A stretch of DNA of 64,000 nucleotides from Neocallimastix sp. 'constans'. Its lineage: Eukaryota. Shown here piece after piece: positions 62,862-64,000 of this stretch. The notes under the pieces were generated by a model. It worked only from the letters and a program-made list of their open reading frames with translations. It searched no databases and was not told the DNA's origin. How positions within the stretch are numbered: position 1 is the first letter of the stretch; every line of letters begins with the position of its first letter. The DNA lies in the NCBI GenBank assembly GCA_050613775.1, contig JBODTK010000148.1, positions 62,001-126,000 of the forward strand. Direction: 5' to 3'. The position numbers and the translations under genes were made by a program.

Positions 62862-63171
62862 GAATATATATATATATAAAAACTATTTATGAAAATATGA
62901 AAATAATAAATAATTTCTAATAAATTTTTTAAAAAAAAAAAAAAAAAAAGCATTGCTATTTGAAATCTATATATATTTTTATATATTTAAATATTATATA
63001 AAAATTGAATAATTCTTTAATTCTTTGTAAAAGAAGAATTATAGTTTTCATCATATTTTTACTTTTTATAAAAAGTATAATATTATATTAACATATAATA
63101 AATTCTTTTTTTCTTCTAATAATAAATATATTTATATATTATTTTTTCTTTCTATGTTTGAGTTTATTAAT

Positions 63172-63954
63172 CTACCATGAAACCATTAATGCATTGACTT
63201 CTTCTTTCTTTATCACCTTATATTCTGTATGTAACAAAGCTCTTGCTTTTTCAGAATCTGATGATTCTAACCATTCCCTAAAATAATATTAATAAAAAAT
63301 TTTTTAAAAATAATTAATATTTTTTATTTTAATATACATATGTTTTTAATATTATTAATTCGTATATATATAATATATAACATATATCTTTATTAATAAT
63401 ATCAATAATATAATTTTGATACTTACTTATATAATTCATCAATAGCAGAATTCTCTGTTGGATCTTGGAAACCGTTAACTAAAGATATACTTTGATAGGC
63501 ATTTTCAGTTTGTTCAATCCATTCTTTAGAAACATAATTAGAGCCATCATCTGGTTTCAACTGACCACCACCATTAATACAACCAGAGGGACAAGCTTGA
63601 ACTTCAACATAATGGAATGGAAGAGGCTTATTTATTTTTGGATTATTTACATTCTTAACTTTTCTTACTAAATTTTGAATATTTCTAAAACCATATGCAT
63701 ATACAAAACATAATAATATTTCATTTTCATTTTCAGGATTAACTAAATGTACTTCTTTATAATCTACATTTCTACCTTGCTTAAATCTAATTGGTCCGGT
63801 AGCGTTTATTATATTTTCATCAGTTACAACTATTTTAAATAAATGATAAGCAGCGTATTTCATTAAGAAATGTAAATAACCTCCAGAAGAAGAACCTAAA
63901 GTACCTAACAATATGGATTCGCCGGTTTCATTTGATATACCATATTTAGTTAAA
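63172..63954 (-). CDS. NAR1: NAR1/CIAO3 cytosolic Fe-S assembly factor ([FeFe]-hydrogenase-like), last two exons (~63954-63427 and 63277-63172); gene continues beyond the window
   Basis: Motifs SSGGYL, RNVD, YGFRNIQNLVRK and YVEVQACPSGCINGGGQ. Spliced last exon EWLESSDSEKARALLHTEY...MVSW* ends in the Nar1-typical C-terminal Trp. Confidence 0.9.
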
Positions 63955-64000
63955 CTTTTATTAAAGATAATAATTTATCGATATATTTAATAAAATATAT

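Noticed and set aside
1..64000. tRNA or rRNA genes
   Set aside because: No cloverleaf or rRNA-like GC-rich conserved segment seen by eye.

Overview
Extremely AT-rich eukaryotic DNA with long homopolymers, microsatellites, short GT-AG introns and TE relics. Together with the CBM18/CBM1/CE4 genes, this best fits an anaerobic gut fungus (Neocallimastigomycota); that assignment is inference. The main feature is a pair of intronless paralogs (2630 aa and 1350 aa). Each has a signal peptide, a pro-region, a bacterial-type DUF4874/DUF4832-like domain, and 13 or 5 tandem ~160-aa Cys-containing repeats with a three-lobed ricin-B/beta-trefoil-like pattern. Also present: a secreted triple-CBM18 protein; a bacterial-type YbhB/YbcL (PEBP) exon and a W/G-rich, Cys-repeat ORF, both missed by the ORF track; an orphan multi-TM protein flanked by inverted CE4 gene fragments; a frameshifted CBM1-CE4 deacetylase; UBR1 (3 exons); the 3' part of NAR1; and decayed Copia, LINE and Mutator/MITE elements. 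All family assignments are by eye from motifs; no searches were run.
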